A stretch of DNA of 64,000 bases from Candidatus Omnitrophota bacterium (GCA_003142795.1 PLNN01000017.1:512-64511); one strand, 5' to 3'. Positions 1-10,300 are shown, numbered from the stretch's first letter. Made by a program: numbers and translations. Notes: a model not told the origin generated them from the sequence alone.

Positions 1-22
1 ATATTGATAGTTCCATATGCCT

Positions 23-1057
23 TCAGCGTATCTTATTAAGTTTCTCCAGTTCCATGATCCTATAAGAGCATTTCGTGCACGCGTCTACCTCGTGAGACCG
101 CCCGGCCTTGTGGATGTCCCTATAGTTATCGAAAGCCTTGCTGTGCCACATTTCATATAATGAAACATCCTTAGCGTTGCCCAACGTCATCGCCTGAGCG
201 TCTTTGACGCCATGGATGAGGCACGGAAAGACTGTACCGTCCCACAGTATCATCATCCTTTGCCACAGAAACGGGCATGCCCAATCGCCTTTTAAGTCCA
301 TGCTCGATCCGTCATGCGCGCAATGATAATCCTTTTTAGACTCATCTCTTGCGTCCAGATAAGAGACTTCATCCACTACCGGCTGCCAGAACTTTACATA
401 GTCGCCGAAGGACTCTTTCAGCTCCGGCAGGAGAACTGTCTGTATGCGGATCGCGGGAATAAGGCTCTTTTGTTTGTCGCGCAATTTACGCAGCATCTTT
501 ATCTTCTTCACGACATCTTCATACCGCGCCCCTACCCGGTACCGTTCATATACATCTTTTTTGGTTCCTTCAAACGATATGGAAATACGGTCAAGTTTTG
601 ATGCAATCAGCCTGTTAACTATATCTTCATTTAGAAGAGTGGCATTCGTATTAAAATAGACGTCGACGATCCCGGCCTTTTTTGCATAATCGACCATTTC
701 TACAAGCTGTTTGTGTAATAGAGGCTCTCCCCTGAGGCTAAGTTTTATAGAGAACAAATTACGGGAAACTCCTTCATTAATAATTTTTTTAAACAGCCCG
801 AAGTCCATGAACCCCTTCTCCTCTGGACCCCACTCGTTGAATGTGGAAGCACAAAAAGGACAACGTAAATTGCATAATGAGGTAGCCTCGATATCGAGGT
901 GGATTGGGAATTCTCCGACTGTAAAATTGGCCGGATAGTCATGCCATCTCTTCCTGTATTCTTCAAATCGTTCGTTCCCCGACTTCACATCGAATACCGA
1001 TGTCCGGGTAGCAGTATGAAAATTCGAATTTGCCTGGATATTGATCTTTTTATTCAT
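23..1057 (-). CDS. Radical SAM protein with C-terminal SPASM/Twitch auxiliary Fe-S domain
   Basis: CNLRCPFC (CxxxCxxC), GEPLLH and TNATLL core motifs; C-terminal C-x17-C-x47-CxxC with the LGN...SLYEMW signature. Confidence 0.9.
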   Translation of the reverse strand: MNKKINIQANSNFHTATRTSVFDVKSGNERFEEYRKRWHDYPANFTVGEFPIHLDIEATSLCNLRCPFCASTFNEWGPEEKGFMDFGLFKKIINEGVSRNLFSIKLSLRGEPLLHKQLVEMVDYAKKAGIVDVYFNTNATLLNEDIVNRLIASKLDRISISFEGTKKDVYERYRVGARYEDVVKKIKMLRKLRDKQKSLIPAIRIQTVLLPELKESFGDYVKFWQPVVDEVSYLDARDESKKDYHCAHDGSSMDLKGDWACPFLWQRMMILWDGTVFPCLIHGVKDAQAMTLGNAKDVSLYEMWHSKAFDNYRDIHKAGRSHEVDACTKCSYRIMELEKLNKIR

Positions 1058-1066
1058 ATGCGAATA

Positions 1067-1819
1067 TCACTTATCATGCGACGTAGTTGCTTCGTTAAAA
1101 CCGTACCTTTTCAACCAGTACTCCACCATCGGGACCTGCCACTCGTAATCAACATCACAGCCGCCCTCCTGCTTTAGCGGCAGTATTTTCTTTCCCATCC
1201 ACCTTTGCGGCAATAAGCCGTCTTTCAGAGCTTCAAGACATTTGGGCCTTACTATAGAGACGCTTGTGTCAAAGAACCATACGTCACCCTGAGAATCCCT
1301 GTCGCAATTCAATGTCTTCGGGTTTCCGAATGTTTCAAAAGGGACGAATGGATGCAGCAGCCCGTCAGCCCCTACCTTTCTTGCTCTCAGCGGGCTCCAC
1401 ATGTTATAACGCGAAACCGAGATCGCCGAGTCGGCTTCGGGATGCGCCCTTAGCAAAGTTATACCGCGATCGATCAGATCGGAGGTAACTGTCGGGGCGT
1501 TACAAAATAGGAGCACCAGAAATTCGATATCTTTCTTCAGCTCATCTTTTATATATTGATATCCGTGGACATATGCATCTTCGCCAAGCGCCTCTTTTGT
1601 GCATAAATAAGCCGGCCTTTTTATGATTTCGACTCCGCGGGAGCGTGCCAGTTTCATAAGTTCTTCATCATCCGTCGAGAGATATGACCTATCAACTTCG
1701 GCACAGCCAATTGCCGCTTCCATAGGATATGATGCCATCGGTTTACCCAAAACTTTGAATAGATTTTTGCCGGGGAACCCCTCGCTCCCCTTTCTTCCTA
1801 TCAATACCGCAATTACCAT
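1067..1819 (-). CDS. Acylneuraminate (CMP-ulosonate) cytidylyltransferase family protein
   Basis: N-terminal GRKGSEGFPGKN (variant of ARGGSKGxPxKN), STDD, IIKRP, C-terminal DVD. Confidence 0.85.
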   Translation of the reverse strand: MVIAVLIGRKGSEGFPGKNLFKVLGKPMASYPMEAAIGCAEVDRSYLSTDDEELMKLARSRGVEIIKRPAYLCTKEALGEDAYVHGYQYIKDELKKDIEFLVLLFCNAPTVTSDLIDRGITLLRAHPEADSAISVSRYNMWSPLRARKVGADGLLHPFVPFETFGNPKTLNCDRDSQGDVWFFDTSVSIVRPKCLEALKDGLLPQRWMGKKILPLKQEGGCDVDYEWQVPMVEYWLKRYGFNEATTSHDK

Positions 1820-1820
1820 T

Positions 1821-2987
1821 TCACGATCCCTTTCTATAATTTTGAAACATCGTCTTATTTTTGCTAATCATCTTTTTCAGAATATTTTTAATGCCGGGAA
1901 ATTTTTCTGCCAAAACTGACCTCGCTCTTTTCATGATCGACATACGATCGTTTGTATAGGCCAATAAATGATCTATGTTCTCGCAGGTCAAAGGCGAATC
2001 GCCTGGTCGCAGAGAAGCCTTTGCTCTAAGCAAACAGTCTCTGGCCTCCTTACATTCCCTGACAGAGAATATCTCATAATTCTTCCTGAAAGATGCGTCC
2101 TTAGCTAGATTATGAGCGAATTGAAAAAACGGTATAGCGTTCAATTCTCTAGCGAATTTTATAAAGTCTGCCAATTCATTCTCATTTTTTTTGTTGATTG
2201 TAAGCGATATGGATAAATTGCTGCCTTTCTTTTTCATAAGTTCCGAAAAGAACCGGATATGTTCCAGCGTTTCCGGCCATCGTGCGGGATATCTCAGTTC
2301 TTCATACAGATCCCTATTGGTCGAGTCTACAGAGATATCTATCAGCCCTAAATTCAATTTTTCAAGAATCGATTTAATGCTATCGCTTAGTATCGTGCCA
2401 TTAGAAATAAGGAACACTTTTATATATGATTTATTCTGACTCAGGTATTCCATAAGCTTAAGATTCGATATTTCGATAAGCGGTTCGCCGCCGTAAAAAA
2501 ATATTATCTGCGCGCGATGCAAAAGCCTCTTTATGTCTTCAAAAAATTTATCAGGGAGCCTAAGCATCGCTTCCCTGTCGCCTCGCTGAAAACAATGATA
2601 ACATTTTAAGTTGCAAGCATAGCTGGTTGAAAAACGCAGCCATCTTGGTCTCGACGCCAGTTCAGCCCTCCCATCCGCGATCTCTTCTTCGTTCTGAACG
2701 GCGTTTTTATAGATTTCGCTGTCTTTAGGTAACTCTTTATACCAGTCGAGTTTCTCGTAATCTTTCCAACCGTGTAGAACAGGACAGCTTTTATGGCATA
2801 TTTCGAATATCCTGCCTTCCAGAAACTTTCGGCGGATGTCTTTATATGCTGCTCCGTTCCATATCTCTTCGATGTTATTCTTGTTTACATTGCCAAGCAC
2901 CATATTATGATTGCAGCAGAATGTAACATCGCCATTCGGGTTATTGACTTCGAAATGAGTAAATGGATAATCACATAAGATCTTCAT
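1821..2987 (-). CDS. Radical SAM protein with N-terminal SPASM/Twitch domain (reversed domain order)
   Basis: N-terminal CDYPF...GDVTFCC...LGNV...IEEIWNG...CHKSC precedes CNLKCYHC, GGEP and SNGT. Confidence 0.85.
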   Translation of the reverse strand: MKILCDYPFTHFEVNNPNGDVTFCCNHNMVLGNVNKNNIEEIWNGAAYKDIRRKFLEGRIFEICHKSCPVLHGWKDYEKLDWYKELPKDSEIYKNAVQNEEEIADGRAELASRPRWLRFSTSYACNLKCYHCFQRGDREAMLRLPDKFFEDIKRLLHRAQIIFFYGGEPLIEISNLKLMEYLSQNKSYIKVFLISNGTILSDSIKSILEKLNLGLIDISVDSTNRDLYEELRYPARWPETLEHIRFFSELMKKKGSNLSISLTINKKNENELADFIKFARELNAIPFFQFAHNLAKDASFRKNYEIFSVRECKEARDCLLRAKASLRPGDSPLTCENIDHLLAYTNDRMSIMKRARSVLAEKFPGIKNILKKMISKNKTMFQNYRKGS

Positions 2988-3033
2988 AATTATTTTAAAT
3001 TCCTCACCAGCCTATTTTATTCAGGTTCCAGGG

Positions 3034-3747
3034 CTATCTCTTTATTATATTATCAACGTCTTTGATCCTCTGATATACTTTAAGCACATCCTGCTCGTCT
3101 TTTCTGTTTACCACTAACGGCTTTCCATTTGCAGGTCTTAATAATTTGACAAGCATAAAACCATTCCTGCCAAATTCATATTCCCATAACCGCGGATAGA
3201 GGACCCCAACGCCGTCATCGCCCACCATTATCACGTATTTACGCGACACTGCGCACATGTGTTTTATCACATCAAATGAGGGATGCACGAGAGATATGGT
3301 ACTCCCGCCCGAATAGACAAGATCGAACTGCCGGTTATCGGAAACAAGTTTCGGCAGCACCTCCTCGTAACTACCCGCGATCAACTCAACGTTCGAAAGA
3401 TCGAATTTCTTCTTACCATGCTCTATTGCATTCTTGCAGATATCCACCCCGATCAACTTGCTATACCCCAGTTTCTTCATAGCGCTTAGCATAAAGCCGC
3501 AATTGCATCCCAGATCGAGTATCGAATCGCTCTTAGCGATCCTGGCCTCTATCTCGCCGAACAATGTTGGGGTGTGCTTATTGGTGTCGGCTTCATACTT
3601 ATCGTATCCGTGGGGATCTCTGTTTTTCTGATGTTTCCAATAGTTTTTTTGTAAATTTCTTGAAGGATCCAATTTAAAAACAAATCTAGGACAGAAAGTA
3701 AAAAATGGACTCTGTTTATAACTTTTTTCCCTGAATAATCCGAACAC
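3034..3747 (-). CDS. Class I SAM-dependent methyltransferase
   Basis: ILDLGCNCG motif I, GVDI, FDLV. Confidence 0.8.
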   Translation of the reverse strand: MFGLFREKSYKQSPFFTFCPRFVFKLDPSRNLQKNYWKHQKNRDPHGYDKYEADTNKHTPTLFGEIEARIAKSDSILDLGCNCGFMLSAMKKLGYSKLIGVDICKNAIEHGKKKFDLSNVELIAGSYEEVLPKLVSDNRQFDLVYSGGSTISLVHPSFDVIKHMCAVSRKYVIMVGDDGVGVLYPRLWEYEFGRNGFMLVKLLRPANGKPLVVNRKDEQDVLKVYQRIKDVDNIIKR

Positions 3748-3767
3748 TTCGGCACCTCACCTTTTAG

Positions 3768-5585
3768 CTAGATCATGATTTTGTTAGTATTATACATCTC
3801 ATGGTATAACCCTTTTATATCCATCAGCGCCTGATGGCTGCCTTCTTCCAAAATCTTCCCGTCTTTAATCACCAGGATCTTGTCGGCATGCATAATAGTG
3901 GAGATCTTATGCGCGATTATAATAACGGTTCTGCCTCTTGCTGAATTATCTATGGCCCTCTGGACGGCTATCTCGGATATGTTGTCCAGGGAATTTGTGG
4001 CTTCATCTAATATCAATATTTCCGGCTTCCTGAAGATGGCCCGCGCTATGGCTATCCGCTGCCTTTGCCCGCCCGATATCTTAATCCCTCTATCGCCGAT
4101 CACTGTATCATATCCCTGCGGAAATTGACTTATAAAATCGTGAGCATTGGCCTCTGTTGCAGCGCTGATCACTTCTTCCATATCAGCATCTTTGGTGCCG
4201 AGCGCAATATTATCCTTGATCGTTCCATGAAAAACAAAACTATCCTGCGTAACTAAGCCTATCTTGCCGAGCCAAGAAGATATGCGAACATTGTTCAGGT
4301 CTATATCATCTATGAATATGCTTCCTTTTGAGGCAGTTAATAGTCGCAGTATAAGATCTACTATGGTGGACTTACCGGATCCGGAGAACCCTACAATAGC
4401 CACGCTGGTACCTTTCTTTATATCAAAGCTAAGATCATTAAACAACGGATCGCGCCCCGGATACGAGAAAGATACGCTTTTAAATGAGATCTTGTCGCTG
4501 AATTTTTTTATCTCTACCATGCCGTCATGCGGCTTCGGGAAATCGGCCATAATACCATACGCTATCTCCACAACAGGAAGAAGCCCGAAAAAAGAGACCA
4601 CCTGGACGCCGAGAAGATTAAAGCATGGGATGATCCTCTGGATAGCGTACCCGACTATGGCGATAATTGGCAAGCTGCTGATAAAACTATTGGCGTAATA
4701 ATACTTCGATACCATCAGAAGGGCAATGAGTGATGACATCACCAAAAATTCGATTATAGCCGGCGGCAATAATAACCATACCGCTTCTTTAATAGTAATG
4801 CGTGAATATCTAACGACCGACGCCCTGAATCTTTCTACCCAAGCGCCGATCGACATAAATACTTTTATCTGCTTAATACCGGTAAATGCTTCGGCGGCAA
4901 TCTCATTTTGCTGTTCAAGCTCAAGGACCTTCTCCGCGCCTAAGCTATATGATACCTTTTTGCCTATAGCCCTTGTTACAAAATAATAAAAAGCAGTCAA
5001 TACGATAATAAATACCGTAACTTTAGGCGATATGAAAAAAAGCATCGCGATTATGACCAGTATCCTTAAAGCATTTACGGCAATTCGCGGTATATAATCA
5101 AAAAAAGTTGATGCTTCCAGAGGAACAGTTATGGTTCGGTGAATAAGCCAACCGTGTTTATGATTAAAGAAAAAGGTATACTCTGAATTTAAAAATCTAT
5201 TGAAAATAGCGTTATGAAAATCTCTCTTAATTTTATATGAAAAGTAACACCCAAGGAACTGACTAAGAAAAGAGAATAAAGCTTTTACTAAAAAACTTAT
5301 TATTAGCAATACGCAGCTCAGGACAAATATATTTTTTATAGCTACGTGATCCGAAATAAACGATATGATCAATGGAATTTTTGAAGGCGATTGAATCGAG
5401 ACCATTCGTTCCAGGGTCTGATTTAAAACTGTGTAAATCAATGCTATGTTGATGCCTTCCATCACCGCGAATACGACAAGTGAAAAGAATACCATCAAAA
5501 CAAGAAACCTGTATGGCCTCAGTAGAAATAGGATCATTTTATAAGTCTGATTTTTCGTAAAATTAAATTTTGCCGCACTACTCAT
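3768..5585 (-). CDS. ABC exporter, fused TMD-NBD (MsbA/PglK-like lipid-linked glycan flippase)
   Basis: Hydrophobic N-terminal half; Walker A GFSGSGKST, ISGGQRQR signature, Walker B ILILDEAT, AH switch; glycan-locus context. Confidence 0.88.
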   Translation of the reverse strand: MSSAAKFNFTKNQTYKMILFLLRPYRFLVLMVFFSLVVFAVMEGINIALIYTVLNQTLERMVSIQSPSKIPLIISFISDHVAIKNIFVLSCVLLIISFLVKALFSFLSQFLGCYFSYKIKRDFHNAIFNRFLNSEYTFFFNHKHGWLIHRTITVPLEASTFFDYIPRIAVNALRILVIIAMLFFISPKVTVFIIVLTAFYYFVTRAIGKKVSYSLGAEKVLELEQQNEIAAEAFTGIKQIKVFMSIGAWVERFRASVVRYSRITIKEAVWLLLPPAIIEFLVMSSLIALLMVSKYYYANSFISSLPIIAIVGYAIQRIIPCFNLLGVQVVSFFGLLPVVEIAYGIMADFPKPHDGMVEIKKFSDKISFKSVSFSYPGRDPLFNDLSFDIKKGTSVAIVGFSGSGKSTIVDLILRLLTASKGSIFIDDIDLNNVRISSWLGKIGLVTQDSFVFHGTIKDNIALGTKDADMEEVISAATEANAHDFISQFPQGYDTVIGDRGIKISGGQRQRIAIARAIFRKPEILILDEATNSLDNISEIAVQRAIDNSARGRTVIIIAHKISTIMHADKILVIKDGKILEEGSHQALMDIKGLYHEMYNTNKIMI

Positions 5586-5616
5586 GATGCACTTGTATCC
5601 TTTCTATCATTACCCC

Positions 5617-7029
5617 TTATATCGACCCTTCACTATCTTGCATATTTTTCGGCGAACGGTAGTACTGTGTCTTAACTAGATTTTCTTGCTTAATGCCCAT
5701 ATCCAATATCTCATTGCATCGCTTAAGGCCCTCCAAAACGTTGAATTCGAATTCTTTATCGCTCATCTTTGTCATATTCAAGCGCAAATCCTGACGATCG
5801 CCTAACTGCATCAGGTATTCTTCTTCATCTTTAATAAAACCATGTTGGATAGCGTAAGCATACATCGGCGAACCAGGCTGAGGGAGCAGATACCCTGCGG
5901 AAGGATAAATTCTATTTTTGATACAGCAGTCAAAAGTTTCTTTAATCGTCAGAGGAGTCTCTTCCGGATATCCGAATACCAGGCTTGTCCATACTGGCAA
6001 TCCCGCCTTGTGAAATAAAGACGTTTGTCTTGAAAACTGCTCAGGTGTAATGTATTTACACATTGCCTTAAGGATCTCCCGATCGGCTGACTCCAAGGAA
6101 TATGACATACCTAAACATCCAGCTTCTTTCATCTTGTATATAATTTTCATATCTTCATCGCTGGTAAACAAATTTGCACGACAATTAGCCGTCCAGTAAA
6201 AATGTAAATTTTTATCTACTATTTCCTGCGCCATCTCCAAAGCATGCTCCTTAGAATAAAACGTAAGCTCATCCCAGAAGAAAATATAATTCACTCTGTA
6301 TTTTTCGATGGAATGTTTTATTTCATCTACAATGGATTTTGGGGTACGGGGCCGGTATGGGCTCCCGTAAAAATTATGATAGCAGAAGGTGCACTTTGAA
6401 ATGCAGCCCCGTGCCGTATTAACCGGAAGCGCTCGAATTTCTTCTCTGGCTATCGGCAAAGGATCTTTTACTGAAGTTTTAGAATTCTCAATGTATAGCC
6501 CAACATCAAAGATAGAAAAATCTAATAAAGGCATATCTGATATATTTTTAATATTAGGCCGGGCAGGAGTCCTGACAATCGTGCCATTTTTTGGAAAACA
6601 AATGCCTTGTACTGTTTCAAGCGCCCTGCCTTCGTCAATGGCGCGCAGTAAATCCACGATGGTTTCATCACCTTCTCCCATTACTGCGATATTAACCATC
6701 GTACGCGTTAAAAGAGTGTCCACAATCGAAGTTGCTACGGAATTGCCAACAATAATTTTCGCATGGGGTTGATGTTTCTCAATCAATGCCGCTAATGCTT
6801 TAATAATCTTATAGCCTGTGACAATGCAACCCATGCATACAACGTCATATTTTTTCTTTTTGATACTATTCTCCACGTCGCGCTCTGATAAGCGATGCCC
6901 GTCGATATCTAGAAGATCAAAACTGAATCCGGCGTTCTTTATAGCTGTAGCGATATACCCAAGGCCTACGGGAAATAGCTTAACGGGTGACACGGGCCTT
7001 AAGGAAACATTGATGATCAATATGTTCAT
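5617..7029 (-). CDS. Cobalamin-dependent (class B) radical SAM protein, probable methyltransferase
   Basis: N-terminal B12-binding fold (PVGLGYIA...GEGDET), RGCISKCTFC, LESAD, FGYPEET. Confidence 0.9.
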   Translation of the reverse strand: MNILIINVSLRPVSPVKLFPVGLGYIATAIKNAGFSFDLLDIDGHRLSERDVENSIKKKKYDVVCMGCIVTGYKIIKALAALIEKHQPHAKIIVGNSVATSIVDTLLTRTMVNIAVMGEGDETIVDLLRAIDEGRALETVQGICFPKNGTIVRTPARPNIKNISDMPLLDFSIFDVGLYIENSKTSVKDPLPIAREEIRALPVNTARGCISKCTFCYHNFYGSPYRPRTPKSIVDEIKHSIEKYRVNYIFFWDELTFYSKEHALEMAQEIVDKNLHFYWTANCRANLFTSDEDMKIIYKMKEAGCLGMSYSLESADREILKAMCKYITPEQFSRQTSLFHKAGLPVWTSLVFGYPEETPLTIKETFDCCIKNRIYPSAGYLLPQPGSPMYAYAIQHGFIKDEEEYLMQLGDRQDLRLNMTKMSDKEFEFNVLEGLKRCNEILDMGIKQENLVKTQYYRSPKNMQDSEGSI

Positions 7030-7721
7030 GCTGCTCCTCTTAAAATCTTATACTTCAGTTGCGCCATTTTCCAATCTTCCTCGTTATCCAGATCCTGTGC
7101 TTCGGATTCCGTTATCTCAATAGGAACCGTATTGTCCGTGAATATCTTTCTCGTCTTTAAGAAAGCTGTGGAATCTAGCCAATAAAACTGTCCTGCATCA
7201 TGATAGGCGGGCATCAGGTTTTGGGACCTGGAATCAATGTTTTCGGGCCGTATCATCGACAAACGGCCGCCCTCTATCTTCAGCGCCCTCTGGATAGGGT
7301 AACCGAAACGCACAACGGGGATAACAGAGTCAGCATTTCTTTCCTTGAGCAGATCAAAAGCTTCTTTTAGCCTCCGGGACGTTAAAAAAGGCGCCGTAGG
7401 ATATATGCAGCAGCAATATTCAAAATTATCGCCTCTTTTTTTATATTCTAAAAGCACCTCTTCTATCACATCTGCCGTGGTCGCAAAATCGTCTGAGGTA
7501 TGCTTCGATCTCAAAAAAGGGACTTTTGCGCCAAATGAAATGGAAATATCGCGGATCTCTCTATCATCTGTAGAAACCACGACTTCATCAAAACAATGTG
7601 ATGTCAGCGCGGCATCTATTGAATATTTTAATATGGGCTGCCCCATAAAATCTCTGATATTTTTTCGCGGTATTCGTTTGCTTCCGCCGCGAGCGGTAAT
7701 AATAGCTACGCACTTATCCAT
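7026..7721 (-). CDS. pseF: Pseudaminic acid cytidylyltransferase (CMP-Pse synthetase)
   Basis: ARGGSKRIPRKN, CCIYPTAPF, YHDAGQFYW typical of PseF; start moved to ATG 7721, which has a GGAGG RBS. Confidence 0.85.
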   Translation of the reverse strand: MDKCVAIITARGGSKRIPRKNIRDFMGQPILKYSIDAALTSHCFDEVVVSTDDREIRDISISFGAKVPFLRSKHTSDDFATTADVIEEVLLEYKKRGDNFEYCCCIYPTAPFLTSRRLKEAFDLLKERNADSVIPVVRFGYPIQRALKIEGGRLSMIRPENIDSRSQNLMPAYHDAGQFYWLDSTAFLKTRKIFTDNTVPIEITESEAQDLDNEEDWKMAQLKYKILRGAA

Positions 7722-7790
7722 TTTCTGCCTCCACGCCGATCTCGTCATCGAATGCGATGCATATGTATCGAAAATTTATCATTTTATAAA

Positions 7791-8744
7791 TTAAACAGTT
7801 TCAAGATCGAAGAATGTCTCCCCAATGGTTCTAACCGCGACACCGCTTGTGCATGTTGGTACATATTCAATAACCCGCCCCTCCTTCAAATCTATCCACC
7901 ATTTCACATCTTTAAACCCAAAACAATGACGTACATACACGGTGCTTGAAAATCTTGGATTGATCTCAAACGGCACATAGCCATTCTTGCCTTTTCTCAA
8001 CTGAACATTGATTGATCCTTCAAGCGATGATGCCTTAGCAATTTTTTGCGCAAGCGCTGTAAGTTCTCCATCCTGAACAAGCTGGGCATATTTGGTAAGG
8101 CTCCCATATCCCAAATACCTTTTAAAACCAATGGAATAAGTCTCGCGCCCCGTGGAGAATACTCCCATAGTATATTCCTCATCAGGCCCACCTACAATCT
8201 CCTGGACAAAGGCATCTTTCATTCTTTTTTTATAAAAAGAAAGTTCTTCATTATTTTCTATGCGCAGGACACCTTTTGCGCCCCATCCTCTTCTCTGTTT
8301 TAATAGCACGGGAAATGGCATTTCACTCTGAAACTGATCAATAAGAAAAGTTTTAGGGTGTGGGAGATCATTGTTTTTCAGAAAAAGAAAGGTCTCATAT
8401 TTGTCAAAAAACATTTTGATAAGGGCAGACTTGTTAATAAGAACTGTGGTTTTTTTGCCGAAAAATTCTCTGCGTTCATTATAAAATTCAATTTCGATCT
8501 CCGTAGTAGGAATAATACAGGAAATCGATTCCTTCTCCATTATATTTTTAACAAACTCAAAATAATTTTTGCTATCACTCGCATGCGGGGCTTGGAAAAA
8601 TAAATCAACCGCGTTCCTGCCGGCCGCAAAATTATCTACATCACAGCCGAAAAGCGTGACCTCGCATTCTATTCCTTTCAGGCATTTAAGTATGCTTTGT
8701 CCTATATCTCCGCCGACACCAGTTATTAAAATAGATTTCCGCAC
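7791..8744 (-). CDS. ATP-grasp domain protein (short carbamoyl-phosphate-synthase-like)
   Basis: DKYETF, LLKQRRGWGAKGV, VQE, FEINPRFS ATP-grasp motifs. Confidence 0.85.
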   Translation of the reverse strand: MRKSILITGVGGDIGQSILKCLKGIECEVTLFGCDVDNFAAGRNAVDLFFQAPHASDSKNYFEFVKNIMEKESISCIIPTTEIEIEFYNERREFFGKKTTVLINKSALIKMFFDKYETFLFLKNNDLPHPKTFLIDQFQSEMPFPVLLKQRRGWGAKGVLRIENNEELSFYKKRMKDAFVQEIVGGPDEEYTMGVFSTGRETYSIGFKRYLGYGSLTKYAQLVQDGELTALAQKIAKASSLEGSINVQLRKGKNGYVPFEINPRFSSTVYVRHCFGFKDVKWWIDLKEGRVIEYVPTCTSGVAVRTIGETFFDLETV

Positions 8745-8746
8745 AA

Positions 8747-9439
8747 CTATCGCTCTTTTCTCTGTAAGATCTTGTAAAGATATGAATTTTTTTCTCTGCG
8801 CTTCATCACATCTCGCACCATCAGCATATTGTCATACTGAACTCTTTTGAACTCTACAAGATCCGAATCAATATCAATTATCGCATACGACGCACTATTA
8901 TAGTCCCGCGGCTGGCCGATCGATCCGGGGTTTATAATTCTTAATCTGCCTATCTTCCTGTCCATTGGATAATGAGTATGCCCCAATATCACAAACCGAT
9001 ATGGCAATCGGCTGAACCTATCAAGGCAGTCTTGAGGATATACGTATTCCTCTAAATAGTTCCAGGGACTCCCATGAAACATCCCTATGTTAAAATCGTC
9101 TAAAACATTCACTTTAGGCAACGCCCTTAAAAAGGATATGTTTTCTTCAGTTATATATTTCTTCAAAAGGCGCGAAGAATTTCCATAAGCTTCACTATAT
9201 TCCTTTTCTAATTTTGGATCATCGAGCATTTTGAGAAATATATCATCATGATTACCCGCTACACAATAAAGATTCTTCTCGTTTTTGAGAATATCGATGA
9301 TCTCATTCTGATAATAATAATATCCGCAAATATCGCCGACAAAACAATACAGATCACACGTTTCGGCGATTAGAGATCTCCACGCTTTCTCGAAAGCGTA
9401 AATATTCCCATGTACATCCCCGAATATACCTATTTTCAT
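8747..9439 (-). CDS. Metallophosphoesterase (calcineurin-like, YfcE/MJ0936 type)
   Basis: GDVHGN, GDICG, GNHD, HGSP, GHTH, NPGSIGQPRD. Confidence 0.9.
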   Translation of the reverse strand: MKIGIFGDVHGNIYAFEKAWRSLIAETCDLYCFVGDICGYYYYQNEIIDILKNEKNLYCVAGNHDDIFLKMLDDPKLEKEYSEAYGNSSRLLKKYITEENISFLRALPKVNVLDDFNIGMFHGSPWNYLEEYVYPQDCLDRFSRLPYRFVILGHTHYPMDRKIGRLRIINPGSIGQPRDYNSASYAIIDIDSDLVEFKRVQYDNMLMVRDVMKRREKNSYLYKILQRKER

Positions 9440-9445
9440 ATCTAT

Positions 9446-10300
9446 TCACCGTGGCTGTAGATACAGAACGGTACTCCTGCCTATGCCGCATTGATACAAA
9501 ATAGAATAAAATTTTGAAAGCAAATCCGGTTCATAGCAACGCAGAATGCGCTCCATATTAACAACCTTCTTAAAACTCGCCCTCCCCAGAGACTTGCGTT
9601 TGAGATAATCATCGCCCATCAGAAGAAACATTTCCATAGGAAAAGAACTTTCGCCGCGCAAGATGGTATATCCCGCCTTTTTTACCAAATTGCGGATTCC
9701 TTCTTTATCGAAATAATTAACGTGGTCGGGTAGCGCGATCCAATATGGCGTTAAATTATGTTCCTTTATATAGGCTAATTGGAATGGGTTGAATTCATTC
9801 GGCACCTCAACCATAACTATTCCGTTCTTTGCAATATTACTTTTCAAGCGTTGTAAAAATCCAAGTGCATCCGGAATGTGCTCTAAGATATAGGCGACAT
9901 TTACGACATCCCATCTCTTTTTAGAAAACTTTTGAAAAAATTCTTTTATAGAGATTTGATAGATTGAGATGCCCTTGGACGTCGCGATAGCAGCGGCTTT
10001 TTTGTTTAACTCGGTTCCCGTGCATTTCCACCCTTCTTTCTTGAAGTATTCAAGCTGCGCACCTTCCCAACACCCTATATCGAGTATGCTCCCACACGAT
10101 TTCCATTTTTTTATGCTTCTGACTTTTTCTCTCCATAGGTTGCTCGGCGTGCTTCTTCGATAAACATATTCATAAAATTTTTCCAATTCCTCCTCGCTAT
10201 ACATAGGAGATATGTGAGCATACCCGCATTTCTTACAAAAAATAACTTTACGATCTCTCTTCGTCAGAAGGAGCTCTCCCCGGCATTCTCCTTTCATCAT
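9446..10300 (-). CDS. Class I SAM-dependent methyltransferase with N-terminal CxxC
   Basis: CKKCG, ILDIGCWEG, ILEHI, EVPN. Confidence 0.85.
   Translation of the reverse strand: MMKGECRGELLLTKRDRKVIFCKKCGYAHISPMYSEEELEKFYEYVYRRSTPSNLWREKVRSIKKWKSCGSILDIGCWEGAQLEYFKKEGWKCTGTELNKKAAAIATSKGISIYQISIKEFFQKFSKKRWDVVNVAYILEHIPDALGFLQRLKSNIAKNGIVMVEVPNEFNPFQLAYIKEHNLTPYWIALPDHVNYFDKEGIRNLVKKAGYTILRGESSFPMEMFLLMGDDYLKRKSLGRASFKKVVNMERILRCYEPDLLSKFYSILYQCGIGRSTVLYLQPR

Noticed and set aside
7791-8744. Carbamoyl-phosphate synthase carB
   Set aside because: Only one short ATP-grasp domain (317 aa) and no carA.
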